Shown here: positions 1 to 15,369 of the stretch, in pieces | Layout of the letters: every line of letters begins with the position of its first letter | How positions within the stretch are numbered: position 1 is the stretch's first letter | Source of the DNA: the human T2T-CHM13v2.0 reference genome, Homo sapiens | DNA: 64,000 nt | Assembly: GCF_009914755.1 (NCBI RefSeq) | Contig: NC_060928.1 | Reading direction: 5' to 3' (one strand) | The notes under the pieces: model-generated | The model's input: only the letters and a program-made list of their open reading frames with translations | Database searches by the model: none | What the model was told of the DNA's origin: nothing | Made by a program: the position numbers and the translations under genes

Positions 1-89
1 GTCAGGGGCTTGTATGATCAGGCAGGTCATCTTTATGCTGACACTTTTAAGTGCCTCACACTTAATGGTCTCTCCTTGAGGCATATTAG

Positions 90-500
<411 letters not shown>

Positions 501-969
501 TAAGGGTGATGGGTGGGCCATTCAGGACAGGTGATGGGACTAGGATGAACACTGGAGTGCATCATGTGGAGTCTGACAAAAAAGATCTCAGCCATATTTT
601 TTCTTAAGTGTGTGAAAAACCCAGGATGTAGCAGGGCTACTTGTCAGAAGGACTGGGTATGTTAATTACCCAGGGAAATTATTTTCTTGGATGGGGTGAG
701 ATCTCTGAGGTGCTGTTATAAGTAAAACTTTAAAAGTGACTTTTTATATTTTAAATATATTTATAATAACAACATAGAAATGTATATTTTATATAAAATA
801 ATAAGCGACAGCATTTGGTGAGTTCTTTGCCACCATTCTCACTCATCTCTCCCCTTCCTCTTCTCTATGGTTCCTGACTCCAAAATCAGAAGTTTTTCAA
901 GTGAATCTGTTGCCATCTGCATACACAACTGTGGTAGGAAACATTGCTTTTTGGTCCAAAACTTAATGA

Positions 970-1074
<105 letters not shown>

Positions 1075-1881
1075 TGAACTGTGAAGTGGGCTTGTGACTG
1101 GTATTTTGATCCTAGAATGGTCAGTTTCAGGCTGGGAAATCAGAGCTATTAGACTAGTAGCCAAAGTTAGAGAGAAGAAGGCAAAGTACAATATACACAC
1201 AGTGTCTTTCTACTAATCAATACCTTTCCATTATATGCAGTGTCTCTGAAGTGATCGGCAATTGTAGAAATTGATGTTTTAGTGACTTGTCTTCTCACTT
1301 AGCCACAGTTAATAATTACTCTCTTCTCTCCTCCTCTATCCCTCCTTCATAACATTGACCTCAAAATGCCATGTATGGTCCCAGAAGTTAGATCAATGGT
1401 CAATATAAAATATAAATGCCCACTGATTTACTATTCCTTTGAAGTCTTAGAAGGAACACAAAATAAAACAAGGTGTAATGTTCTTACTTACATTTCTCAG
1501 AACCTACAGTGAGGTTAAATGGTCCCTCTTGCATGGGTCCTATCATAAGAAGACACACTCAAATCTCTCAGCCATAGAAGATGATGCAATCACCCATTGA
1601 TATTTTGGTTTGGAAGCCACTTAAAGGACCCTAAGCTTATTCTTGTAACTGGCTTCCTTGTTCTCTGTGGGGTTTCCATTAGCTACCCCATCCCCATCAA
1701 TAACAAGTGCATTTGTATCTAGTTGGGCATTTTACTTTGAGCTCCTTTAGTAGCAAGAAAGAGACTGGGTTTTTAGCTGCCTCCTGGGAGTCTTTAAGGA
1801 ACCCCAGTTAGTTACAAAGTTCAGTGGCAGCTTAGGAGGAAGACCAGTACCTTTGACTCTTTTTTCCCTTTGTTTTTCTAG

Positions 1882-2490
<609 letters not shown>

Positions 2491-2833
2491 GAAGACTGTC
2501 ACCCCAGACCTCTCAGTGGCCCTCCTTGGGCCCTGGAGAGTGTCCCAGACAGAGCAGAGATAATGAGAATAACTGATGAAGACAGGGACTCATTGTGCCT
2601 CTGTCAATGTGCAGTTAGTGGAGGAACCCGGGAGAGGACACTTTCATCAACAGAGGGAGTTATTCCTGAGCTTTGTTGTCTTGACATCTGTAATTGGGCT
2701 TCCTTCTTTCTTTTTGCAATTAGACGTTCTGTTTGAAGACTTAAACTCAACACAATGAATATTGTATAACCCGCTCATTAACTAGACCCCTGTGGCCACT
2801 AAGCTTCCTCTGTTGTGGTAAGGAAGCCATAGA

Positions 2834-2839
2834 AATAAA
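2834..2839 (+). terminator. Candidate proximal polyadenylation signal of REELD1 (AATAAA)
   Basis: AATAAA about 345 nt after the stop, followed by T/GT-containing sequence. Confidence 0.45.
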
Positions 2840-4169
2840 AATACTGTCCCTCCTTAGTGTCTCATCTCTTCTAACTCTTTGGGGAAAAAAAGTAATGTTG
2901 GGTTGTGTCTCCTGCAAGAAAAAGAACTGCAGCTCTCACTTTGCCTTCCTAAACCACCCCCAAAGAAGTTTTCTTTTCAAAACTGAATTCAACAACTTGC
3001 TAGAGTTCTGATTTGGATGACTAGGTGAATGCAAGGGTATTTGGTCTTCTGGGCAACTCAGCAGCCTGGCAAATCCGCCATGGAAATTGATCCAAAGTCA
3101 GGAAAGTTTTTGAGAGCTTGATTGAACACATCTTCAGGAAAACATATACATGCAACACAAGGCCATAAACACCAGAGTGGGGTAAGAAAGCCTTTTCATC
3201 AGGTGTAAATGGATCTGAGACCTCCCATCCATTTACACTTGATGGAAACATTCGTGTATCCCAACAGCTAGCAGACATAGTGCCTTTTGCCAAAGGTCAG
3301 GCTGAAAAACATTATTATACCAGCATAGTTTGAAGAACAGTCTTTACTTGTCTTTTCAGGGAATATCAGGAAGAAAGCTTCATGGATGAAGGTCATCTAC
3401 CTGATCTCATAACCTTATGAAGATTGCTTTGATTTAACAGTGGCTCCACAGATACTATCTGAGGTCAAAACAACAGATCTGAATATAACTCTTAAATATG
3501 CTCACCTAATATAGCACATAGGAATTAGCTGCCTTTTCAGAGTGAAACCTATTATAGAGTCATCATTTTAATGCAGAAACAAAAATCACTACAAATTCGG
3601 AAAGGATATTTGTTTATTGAACACCTAATTCATACGGGAACTGTGCTAAGAAGTTTGCATATATCTTCACATTTAACTCTCACAAAAATTTAATGAGGAA
3701 TAAGTTCAGTAGCTTTCCAAGGAGAATGAGGCTTTCCTTATACCTCAATTTAACAATTTTTAAAAATTGAGTGTTCAGGAAAGAGACAGCTCCTGCCTTT
3801 TCCACACCTCGCTTTAGCTCATTGGTCATCAATTCCAAGACTCTCTCCTCCTGGATTCTGGGCTAGGTAGCTCTGTTCCCTGGCTTCAGTCATTAGATGC
3901 ATGGAGACCTAGGTAATTTGTGCATTCACAAATGAAAGTGTTCTAGGAATACTGTGGAAAGAAACAAAAGTACTGTAGTCTAATAAGGCCACAGATATCC
4001 CTTCTGTATGTCTAGCCCTCTAAAAGACGTTCTCCCCAAGAAGCAAACAAGGGACCCCATTAGTGGAGAGCTTTCATCTGGCCACATCACATCAGAGCCA
4101 GATGCACCATGTATGCAAACTTTTTTAGATCTTTTCTGTCTAAGAGAGAATTTTCCTATGTAAACAGAC

Positions 4170-4643
4170 TGTTTTGCTTGTCTATTGATGTGAACAAATT
4201 ACCTCTAGGCTTAGTAGTTGAAAATAAAATCACCACCAACACCACCATTTATCATCTTTCATGATTCTGGGGTTGCCTGGGCTCAGCTGGGCAGTTCTTC
4301 TGCTCTCAGTGTTAATGAATGGGATGGGGCAGCCTAGTTGACTCCCTCACATGGCTTGCAGTTGGTGTTGGCTGCCAGCTAAGGGCCCAAATGGGTCTGC
4401 TGAAGAATGTGGGAAGCAATATGGTTCTGTTCTTTGCGTCTTCTTATGCCATATGGTGGCTGAGTTCCAAGAGGAAGTGTGCCAAGCACACAAAACCAAA
4501 GGCTGCATATCTCTTAAGACCTAGCCCTTGGAAGTTGTCATAGTGAGTCACAGGACCAACCCTCATTATTCAAAAGGAAGGGCAACAGATTTCACTTTTT
4601 GATGGGAGAAGTGACAGAGGATTTGCAGCCATCTTTAATTCAC
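4170..4643 (-). mobile_element. MLT1-family (ERVL-MaLR) solo LTR
   Basis: Resembles the reverse complement of the MLT1 consensus (ctgggctcagctgggcagttcttctg; gatgggagaagtgacagaggatttgcagccatctttaat). Boundaries approximate. Confidence 0.65.
4223..4228 (+). terminator. Candidate distal polyadenylation signal of REELD1 (AATAAA), inside an antisense MLT1 LTR
   Basis: AATAAA at 4223-4228. Usage cannot be shown from sequence. Confidence 0.4.
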
Positions 4644-5048
4644 TTGCCCTTCTGCTTAGACTGCTGATCTGCCATGGGGGGATTGTGTGAGACTTGAAGA
4701 GATGCCATTCATCCCTGGGTGATGAGGGAGGTGAGAGGAGTCTCCAGATTTCAGGGTCCGGTATTTTTCTCTTCTCCAGTTGGACTTCCAGCTTATACAA
4801 AACAGTAAAGTGATGCAGAAGGGTTAGCCAGGTCTCTGAGCCTCATCTTCCTCATCAGAGAAAAGGACATCACAAAATCATTCAGCTCTTTTGGTTGATG
4901 TAAAGATTGAATGCATACACAATATTTAGCTATCCATAACCAAACTGACATACCATTGTCATTAATATTATCTTGAAGCTGCAACACTGTCTTTACGTGT
5001 AGCCCATTTAGAGAAATTCTGTGATCATGAAAAAAAGTCACTTTCTTT

Positions 5049-5682
<634 letters not shown>

Positions 5683-6919
5683 GACAACTTCTCTTGAAGC
5701 AAACTTCCCACCTCACTTCCCTGGCCCAGTCACTTGAAGGCCACACGAGTTGTCATGGTAGTCACTGGCTACAATTCCTACCACGTATCAGATAATTTTT
5801 TGCTGCAGCATTCTGACTAGACTCTTTTTTGGCCAGGGCAGCTGGAGTCCATGGGCCTATACTCAAACTACATAAGTGATCGTGAAGGTCCTCTAAGCTT
5901 CACAGAAGCCCCAGAGGGGAATGAGTAGGAAGTGTTAACTTAACCTGAAAGCTCTTACTAAAGCATAAAGCCATTAAAAGTAAAAAGAAAAAAAAAAAAA
6001 AGAAGGGAAAGGACTCAAATACAACATCTTAAAATAGTTTTTGTGTTTTGTAGGAACAGCTACAAAATTGCTCAGCCAACCTCTTCTTGGAGGAAAGAAG
6101 GTATGCGGCTAAACACATATTTGAGGGAAAATGATGGATAAATAATTGCTGAAAACTTATTATATTTTAAACTAATGCTTTTATATCTATAGTGCTAATT
6201 TAATAACTACACACCATGGGTAGTGGTAGCCTTAATCTTTTTATATTCAGAGACTATTTTTGATATTTTCAATTGATTTTTTCCCATAGATAGAATTTTA
6301 GTAAAGTACAACTTAACATTTTACTGTAGCTTGGCTTGCTGTCCCACTGTTGAGGCTATCTGCATTAATTTGCTGTTATGCTGTTTGTTTTCCTTAAAAA
6401 AAAAATTAATTAGCAAAAAAAAACAAGTCAGCAAACCAGTAAATATTTAGACATGGGTCACACTTTATTTGCAAGTTATCTGGGAAGGGCTGGCAATTTA
6501 TGAATAAATTTCAGATGATGGCCGTGTCCTCTCCCTGTTTCAGACTTCCAGTATTAATCAGTGATCCTAGCCTTTCTGGGACACAGACTGCGTGTTCTGA
6601 TTTCATTTCACTCCAGCCTATCCCTCTTCTAAAAGTAGCAAGAAACTTCTTTTATTCAAGTGAAATTAATTTGCATTAACTTGTTTTATTAAACTTGAGA
6701 ACTTCTCCAGGCTTACAGTATTCTGAGCACTCTGCTCCATCTGCCCTGGCATGGTGCAAAACCAGGGGTGGTCATCTCTGGCTCCTGGTTTAGCATATCA
6801 GGAAGACATTAGTGATAAAAGGAAGACTAGTGGTTTGGTTGTTTATTCTGCTCTTTAAATTCACAAAGAAAATGGGAGCGTTTTGAGACTCCTGTTCTAC
6901 CCATGACGATTGAGGCCAC

Positions 6920-7480
6920 CAGGACAACTACAGCCTGTCAGATGTATTCCAGAGATTTTTTGCTTTCAAAACATAAATCAGTTCATGTTGCTGTCTCTGA
7001 ATTCCCTAATGGTTTTCCATCTCTCTCAGAATAAAATATGGACATCTGATTGGGCTATGTCCTGCGAGAGCTGGCCCTCTGACATTGCCCTCTTCCTGTG
7101 TGTTCACTGTGCTGCTCTGAGCTCTCCGGGAAGCTCTGTGCAGCTCCCTTGCTCTCCTGCTGTCTGGAACCCTGTTCCCCCAGGCATCCAGCCTTCAGAG
7201 CTTTCTTCTAGAGCTGCCTCAGCAGAGAGCCTTCTCCTGACCATTGCAACCTCTAATCAACCTAGCCTCCTACACTGTTTAATAATATTGATAGCACTTA
7301 TAACCACTTGAGTCATATATTTATCTGTGTTTGTTTATTTTCTGCCTTCCCCAGACACAGATGCTTCATAAAGACAAGGACTTTGTTTTGTTCACTGCTA
7401 TATTCCTAGTACATAGCTTGGAGTCCACTATTCCTAGTACATAGTAAGTAATCAGTAGGTATGTGTTACATTTGTAAGTG
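6920..7480 (+). mobile_element. L2 LINE 3' fragment
   Basis: Degenerate L2 motifs (ccctaatggttttccatctctctcagaataaaat; ctttgttttgttcactgctatattcctagtac). Confidence 0.65.
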
Positions 7481-7810
7481 AAAAGTTCAATACCCGTGTT
7501 ACTATCACCAGCTCTTAGTGTAGATTAAAGTTGAATACGTGGCACCTTGGGTAGCTCCAGAACACTTGGGAATCAGGCAATGTAAGTTTCCCTCCTAGAG
7601 GTGAATTAAAAAGAGTTCTATGGGTGACTGTCCTCAGTGCAGGAAATGCTCTTATGTCTCAGATCCAAGGCTCCAGGGAGTTCTCGGCAGGGAGGAACCG
7701 AGAATAGACTTCCCTCTCGATCTGCGCTGGGGCAGAAGGAAGGCTGACTGGAGTCTTTCCAACTCAGAAGCTCCGCATGACAGCTTTTCTTCAGGTTACA
7801 TCATGTGGCG

Positions 7811-8021
7811 CAGGGTTTCTCAACCTCCGTGCTGTCACCATCTGGGGTTGGATATTGCTTATTTTGGGGGCTGTCCTGTGCCTTGCCGGATGGTTAGCAG
7901 CATCCCTGGCCTCTGCTCAGTGCCAGTGGCTCCCTCCTCCCCAGTTGTAAAACCAAAATTGCCTCCAGACATTGACAAAGGTCCCCTGGAGGGCAAAATC
8001 ACCCCTGTTGGGGAGCCACCG
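7811..8021. mobile_element. MER20 DNA transposon (hAT-Charlie)
   Basis: cagggtttctcaacc...ggggctgtcctgtgc...agcagcatccctggcctct...ccagacattgacaaaggtcccctggagggcaaaatcacccc matches the MER20 consensus. Confidence 0.85.
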
Positions 8022-10571
8022 GTCTAGGAAACAAGGCATGTGACTATAGGCCCCAGGCTGAAGTGGCATTTCCCACATGATTTCCACACCCAGGGATGGA
8101 GTGGGCAGTACTGAGATGGAGAACTACAGGGCTTACAAATTGGAGTGCCTTTAAAGGTCTTCTGACTCAGTGGTTTTTAAAACCAAGTCAGTAAACCAAA
8201 AAAAAACTGAATGCTCTAGGGGAGGTTTGGGGATATCTTCCCCTCCTGTTTCCTTCTCCCAGCATCCCTTTTGCCCATTGCCTCAGAAACTCAGGGCTCC
8301 AGCAAACAGGGATTGAAAACCATGAACAACGCCTTCTTCAGATGAGGAGAACAAGGCCACGGAGAGGTCAGTCCAACAACAAGCAAGTCTAGGGGAGTCC
8401 TCAGATTCCTTCGACCCACCCTGACTTCCAAATCCGCTTTTCCTTCCACCATACTTGGCAGCTCATTTATTCTCTTGGATCATGTTAGGTATTGTAAATA
8501 TTTCAACAGATCCAGAGAGAGCCAGGAATCAAGCAGAAAAATGGCCTGGAGTGATCACTTTACAGCCACCCTGGGAATGAGGAGGATGATAGGACACTGG
8601 AGACTGGTCAGTCATAGTGAGTGAGGCCTGGGCATGACCTGCCAGGCTGTGACAGGGCCCCAGCAGTGGGCCAAAGGGAGGAGAGACAGCAAGGGAGGGA
8701 GGGACTGACATTATCCCAGGTAGGAGCTCACCACGGCAAGAAGATGTTTCTCATTGGTTTACAGCCACCATCTTGAACTCACTGCCTTCCTTTCTGTGGG
8801 CTCTGCAATTTCCTTCCTTCAGATGGCATCTTGGGAGCATCGTCCCCCCTCACCTGATGATAGATGGCTTCTGCAAAGTGTTTTGTTGCTTTATATAGGA
8901 AAGAGGGTGCCTGGAAATACATTCTATTGGATATTAAAGACTGTATTTCCCTGATTTATTGTCAAGCTACGCATGGTTGTCTGAGAGGCAAGGAACCAAT
9001 GGGATATACATTTTGACTAATGATTAATTATTATATCGAAAGTGATATTTTCCTATCAACTGATAGGCAGGAAAAATAGACTAGAGCTTGCTAGGTTAGC
9101 ACCATGGGTCACAGATGTTGCCTCTGCATTTTCAGATTATATTATCCATTACAGGCGGCACCTTCTCATTTAAAAATATAATTTGTTGTTCTCCCAGACG
9201 AAAAAAGAAGCTGACATTTCACATGCAAGCCAAAGATTAGAATCACTGCACAGGGCCGCATATGGAAGTACATTAGGATGTGGTGTCCCTGAATCAAGGA
9301 CACCAGGCGGCCAGTGCTGGGAGAGATGTAGAAGGCAGTGACTTCTGATCTTTATTATGCAAATGTGCAGCCCCCGAGCCAGGCTGTTTAACCTCATCAG
9401 GGGAAATGTCGCTGATCATTTCAAGCTCCAAATGTAGCACAAGCATTAGTGCTAGTATGTTATTATTGTTATTATTATGATTTGGCGGGCATATGGAAGC
9501 CCAAGCCCTCTGATTTAAGCTCAGTCCCTCCTTGCTCAGACCCTCTGGGATTGGACATAAACTCCTCTTGATATTAAACAAACAAATATTTTTTTCTTTC
9601 TCTTTGTAATGCTTGTTGGTGAAACATTTTGCAGGCCTGGTTGTCTGCCAAACATGGGTGAGGATGGTGAGAGCTTCATGAAATGCAATCTCTACCCCAG
9701 AGGCTTAGTGACAGGGTGCCTTCTCTCTCCTCCAGGGCTCTATGCCCCAGTGGCAGATGCATCTAGAGGAAGCATAAAGAATGGAGTAGGGGCAGGAGAA
9801 AGGATGGATCGGGGAGTGGAAATGGTAAGGAGGATTGAAAAGAGAGATGCTGCATGGGCTTAGAAGGGGAAATTTCCCTTATTCCCACTTGCGGGTCATT
9901 GCTCTCTCAGAGCCATAAAGGAAACTGAGGACCTGCTGAACAGGCAACAGAGAAGTAATTAAACGAGAAGGGGGAAAGTCAAAGACAGCTGATTAGTGGC
10001 CCAGGGTAGTTGAATGCAAAGGTTGAGCATCTTTGAAATCCAGATCGCTAGACCTCAGTTGGCAAGGTCCGACTTTTAGAAGAAATTAAGTAAATAAAAG
10101 TGACATATTAAGCTGTAGTAACATTCTAGAGGAAAAAAAAAGCAAGCAGTACACATCCCTTTTTCCTCCGCCAGCCTGGAACAAGGAGGGAGATTGGTCA
10201 TTGCACAACTGGAAAGACTAGAAACTTCTCCAGAGACTCTTAGAGTCCTTCTCATCTAGCCCCAAGTCCTCTTCATATAAACACTGTTGCAGGGATCCCA
10301 GTCCAAGTGAATCAGTTTTTGTGAGCGGAACCCACATCCCTATTTTTTAAGGCTTTCCAGGAGATTCTAAAGTGCAGCCAGGGCTGAGGCTGTGGCGCTG
10401 GATGCTGATGAACAGAAACTCCACAAGAGCCGGAATTCTTGAATGTTTATTTTCTGCTGTATACCCCAGCATCTAGCACAGACTCTGGCTTGTAGTAGAA
10501 ATGGAATATAGATTTACTAAATGAAAGGGCAATGGGGGAAACAAGGCATTTCTGTAACAGATAAAAGTATG

Positions 10572-10846
<275 letters not shown>

Positions 10847-12455
10847 TTAGGCCATTCAAAGCATCTGTGGAGGGGGTCACCTCCCAGAGCCCTGCTGCCA
10901 GTCACTTTTGTCCCTCATTGTTCTGGCAGCAGTAGACACACAGCATGTTCCCAGTTCTTCCTGGGTGTAAAGGGGAAGTTGTATCTGTGGAACTAGCAAT
11001 TGTCTACAGAGAGCGGCCTCAGGGAGGCAGAATGATTCCCTTTCCATGGGCAGGGCTTCCTGAAGGCCTCCTTTGTGTCCTGGAGGAAACCCCTTTGCCC
11101 TATCTCCATCCTTCTCTGGCACTGGTCAACACTGACTTGGAGAGGTTGAACATCAAGAAATGAAACTGTCAAAAGGGAGGGCTTAGGCTGAAAGGACCAA
11201 ATGAAACACATGCTAAGCTGGAGACTCAACTGGAACCTGAATGAATTGGGATCACTCAGAAATGTTGATTGAGCACTCACCAAGTGACCAGATTTGCACT
11301 GGAGGTTGAGGAGACAAAAGGAAGTAAGGTTGGGACCCTGCCTCTAAGGAGTGGGCCAGTGGCAGGGTGGCAAAATCATCCGATGTCAAGGCTGGCCCTA
11401 GAGCTGACACTAAGCCAAATGTTAGTCCAGCCTCCCACCTCCACCCATCTCTTTCCTCTCTTCCAAGCATCAGAAGTCCCTTATCCAAAAAAGAATCTGC
11501 TCTTAATGGAAGCCCAAGATGTAAATCCAACCAAAGCACAGCTACTCTGCATAGGAGGAAAGTCCTGTTCTCTCACCTGTCCCTCCATTATCCCCCTCAA
11601 AAATGCTTTCCTTAAGACTTTGGAGGCTGAGACCCCAGGCTGCACGCCTTTGCTCTGAATAGCCTAATATTTCTGGATTCAGGTTGTTTAGTTGACACTA
11701 AATCAACAACGCTATCACCCAAGGAGTTGATCTAATTTTCCTCCTCTGGCTTCCTGGGATAGACGGTGTGACAATATGGCTTTCAAAGGAGAGGAGGCTT
11801 AAGCCACCAGTTTTTACTATCTGCACGGAGCCAGCTGTGGGTTGTTGTCCTTCTCCACTAGTGGCTGAGGAACAGTCAAGGGCCCCTTTTGGTGGCCTTC
11901 TCTTCCTCCTTGCTCCTGCTCAGGGTCCAGTCAAAGATGAGTTTTGTGAAAATGAAGGATGTCCTTCTCCCAGAGTCAGGAGCCCTGTCCCTTTAGCTGA
12001 TGGATGAGAGATGTCTCATGAAAGAAAGCTGAAGAGGAACCCTGGGTGTGGACTTAGGTCTGAGTTAGTTTGATGGAGACCTCAGTATCTCATCGCGACA
12101 TAGGCCGAGAGGGGCTGAAATCAGCTGCCTTTCTTCTGTACCACTTACTGTTGAGAGCTAGTAAAACAATGTATTTGGTTGGAGCTGTAGCCCGTCTGCC
12201 ACCTCAGTCCCTACTCTGTACTCTAGCAAGAGCCCTTCAGCCAGATGCTGAGAGACCAGTGGAGCAGCGTACCATTAACCCATGTGAGACAGTGCTGTGT
12301 GTCTGCATAAAACCCTGAGCTAAGAGAGATGTTGGGATTTCATTGAGTGTGTCTCCCTGTTTCTAGTAAGCACCATGGCATAGGAAAAGAAAATATGTGG
12401 GAGTAAGACAGGCCTTAATTCAAATCTTGACAGTGCTCCTGATGAACTCAACAAC

Positions 12456-12745
12456 TTTTTTCTTTTTTTGAGATGGAGTCTCGCTCTGTGGCCCAGGCTG
12501 GAGTGCAGTGATGTGATCTCAGTTCACTGCAACCTCTGCCTCCTAGGTTCAAACAATTCTCCATTCTCAGCCTTCTGAGTAGCTAGGACTATAGGCACAA
12601 GCCACTAACACACAGCTAATTTTTGTATTTTTCGTAGAGACGGAGTTTCACCATGTTGCCCAGGCTGGTCTCGAACTCCTGAGCTCAAAGCGGCCCATCT
12701 GCCTTGGCCTCCCAAAGTGCTGGGATTACAGGAGTGAGCCATCCA
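12456..12745 (-). mobile_element. Older Alu (AluJ/S) inserted in a MIR
   Basis: Alu dimer flanked by TSD tcaacaactttt on both sides. MIR-like sequence (catctataaaatggggatgac) continues downstream. Confidence 0.9.
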
Positions 12746-14106
12746 GCAAATTCAACAACTTTTGGCAAGTACTTTCATATCCTTTACACTCATTTTTCAC
12801 ATCTATAAAATGGGGATGACATTATTTACTTGGCAGATTTGTTGTGAGCAGTAGATCTTAGAAGCTCAGCTGTTTGAAATCTTGTGAAATTATTATTTCT
12901 ATTGGGCTCTGAAGTCTTTGAAAGGACAGATGGTATTTTCTTTATCTTTGTATACTTAACCTCTAATATAGTAAATATCTGGCACATGGTAGCTGCTTAA
13001 ATGTAACTTTTCAGAAAACTCTGCCTCAATACTTTATCTAAATAGGTATCCCCTTGTTATTCATTATATTATTTTCCTTTATAGTCCCTGAAACGATACA
13101 TTATTTGTATATTGTCTACTTTTTCACTAGACTGTAATTTCCATGAGGTTAGGAATCTTGTCTCTCTGGGTGGCCAGAGTCTAGAGCAATGCCTGCTACA
13201 GAGCAGGTGCTCAAAATGTATTTGTTGAATGGACACATAAATGAATGGTCGTTACTTAATTACTACTAGTAGTGGCAGTGGTTTACACAGTATCAGAACC
13301 AGCATAAACGGACACAACTTTGTCATCTTTGCAAAGCTCACCAGAAAGGATGATAATGATCAGAAGCCTTTCAAGTTTCCTCCTCACAGAATTCTGCCTG
13401 GGAACCTTTATTAAGGATGGCCGATTTCACCAGGCCTCCACCAGGAGGCCCTTTATGTCAAACTGAGCAGAGTGAATGTTTTATGATGTGGACAAGGGCT
13501 GCCTCAGAGCCTGAACTGGGGCCATCCGGGGGGGAGTGGGGTGGGGCCACACCCTCTCCCTGGGCTCTGCACCACTGAAAGGCTCCAGACGGCTCGGGCC
13601 CTGGGCCAAGCTGCTTGGTTCCAGTGGGAAAGCTGACCTTGGCCAGGAAGAACCAGGAAGAGGCACAAATGACTCATTGTCCCACATCCTCCAAGGTAAA
13701 AACCCAGCAGTGTGTGTGGCCTTTAGGGCTGGATGTTATTGCAGCCTTGGCTCCTTCCTCAGCCAAAATAAAAGCACTTGGCCAGTAACACATGCACAGC
13801 CTAGGATACAACCAACGGCTCTCTTCCATTGTTCTATTCGACACACTTCCCTGCACTTATAGTTTTAAAATATCGTACACATAACATTATGATTTCAGTT
13901 CTAAATGTAAACCATGATTTCTTTTTAAAGACGTATGGCAGCCTTCATTTCCAGTCAAAGCATGCGACATTTTAGGGTCCTGTGGAAGAAATGCGATATG
14001 CTTTCAGATCACGTGTGAAGGAGGTCTCACTGGTAAGTGCTTACTTTATGCAGAAGTTTGGAATCTAAGGCACTGATTTGTAAGATGTGCTGCTGCCTCC
14101 AGATTT

Positions 14107-14120
14107 CCACTAGAGGGCAG
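14107..14120 (+). promoter_or_regulatory. CTCF consensus site
   Basis: CCACTAGAGGGCAG matches the CCASYAGRKGGCRS core. Confidence 0.65.
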
Positions 14121-14823
14121 TCTTGGAAAATGTTTATAGATACATATTTTATTGCTATGTCTAGGAAATGTTTCTGTTTTTAAAAGGAACAAACAAACAA
14201 AAGCCCATGTAAAATTTAGGGCAAGCTCTTTGGCTCCACTTGGAACGATTCCTCATTCTTCCAGAAGGAAGCCGGGGAGCATGAAGGCAGCTGCTTCCCT
14301 CGTCTCCATCCCTTTGTCCACATGGGATGCAGCGGGCTGCCCAAGCTGTGAAGCTGGCCTGGGCGCCCAGATCCCCGCCTTCCCACACCCGCCTCGGGCC
14401 AGCCCTAGTGGGCAAGGAGAGGCACCTTGGAAAGGAATGCGGGGTCCTGATCTAGGGGCCCCTGGTTTAAATTCGGCCTTGGCTGAGATCCTCTCCGTGG
14501 AGTCCCATCTTCTGCTCTTCCCTCACAAGCTAGCAGTGGCCGGAAATCCTCAGAAAAGAGCCAGGAAGGGTCAGAGGGGTGGCTGGGGAGTACACAATTA
14601 AAAATAGGCCTTCCAGGCAGGCAGCCATGGAGATCTCACTCGATATGTAAATAAGTGTAAATAAGACAGGCCAAGTCTTGGCGCTGGAAGGATACGGCAC
14701 ATTTTGTGCAGCCAGGGTTGTCTGGGGCAGTGGTAAGCACTCCCCCCGCCTTCTTTTTTTTTTTTTTTTTTTTTTTCCACACAGCCCAATTTGAGGGGGG
14801 GGGGGGGAATATATATATATATT

Positions 14824-14938
14824 TCGGGAGGCTGAGGCAGGAGAATGGCGTGAACCCGGGGGGCGGAGCCTGCAGTGACCCGAGATTGCGCCACTGCACT
14901 CCAGCCTGGGCGACAGCGAGACTCAGTCTCAAAAAAAA
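14824..14938 (+). mobile_element. 5'-truncated AluY (AluYe-like) 3' fragment
   Basis: gaacccggggggcggagcctgcagtga...gggcgacagcgagactc with an A-tail. Flanked on both sides by aa(ta)n-ttt as TSD. Confidence 0.88.
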
Positions 14939-15369
14939 TATATATATATATATTTTTTCACCCAAGAAGAAAATAGATATACTGAGTTCCATTGGTGGTG
15001 GTGGGAAGGAGAGATAATTCCTACAACTTGGATTTCTTACTTGATGAATAGAAAAATGTCAACAGAGAAATTATAACTACTTTGTAGCCACGACAACCTT
15101 ATTTCTGGAGCATGTTTGATACACAGCACTCAACTTTCCTATCTCTGACATTTGTGTCACCCTTTAGAGTTTATATCACTGAGTCATGTGAGTGACCTCA
15201 TTACATCCTGGAAACAGCCCTGTGTAGGTGTCATCATCATCAGCCCCATTGTAGAGAAGGACACCAAGACCCAGGAAGGAGGAGGGATTCCAACAGGGTC
15301 CCACAGCACTGGCGGTGGGGCTGGGGCTACAATCAGTTCACCTCTCCTACATCACGTTTTACTGAGCAT

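Noticed and set aside
7398-7445. Short duplication of tattcctagtacatag
   Set aside because: Small duplication inside a decayed L2, with no functional indication.
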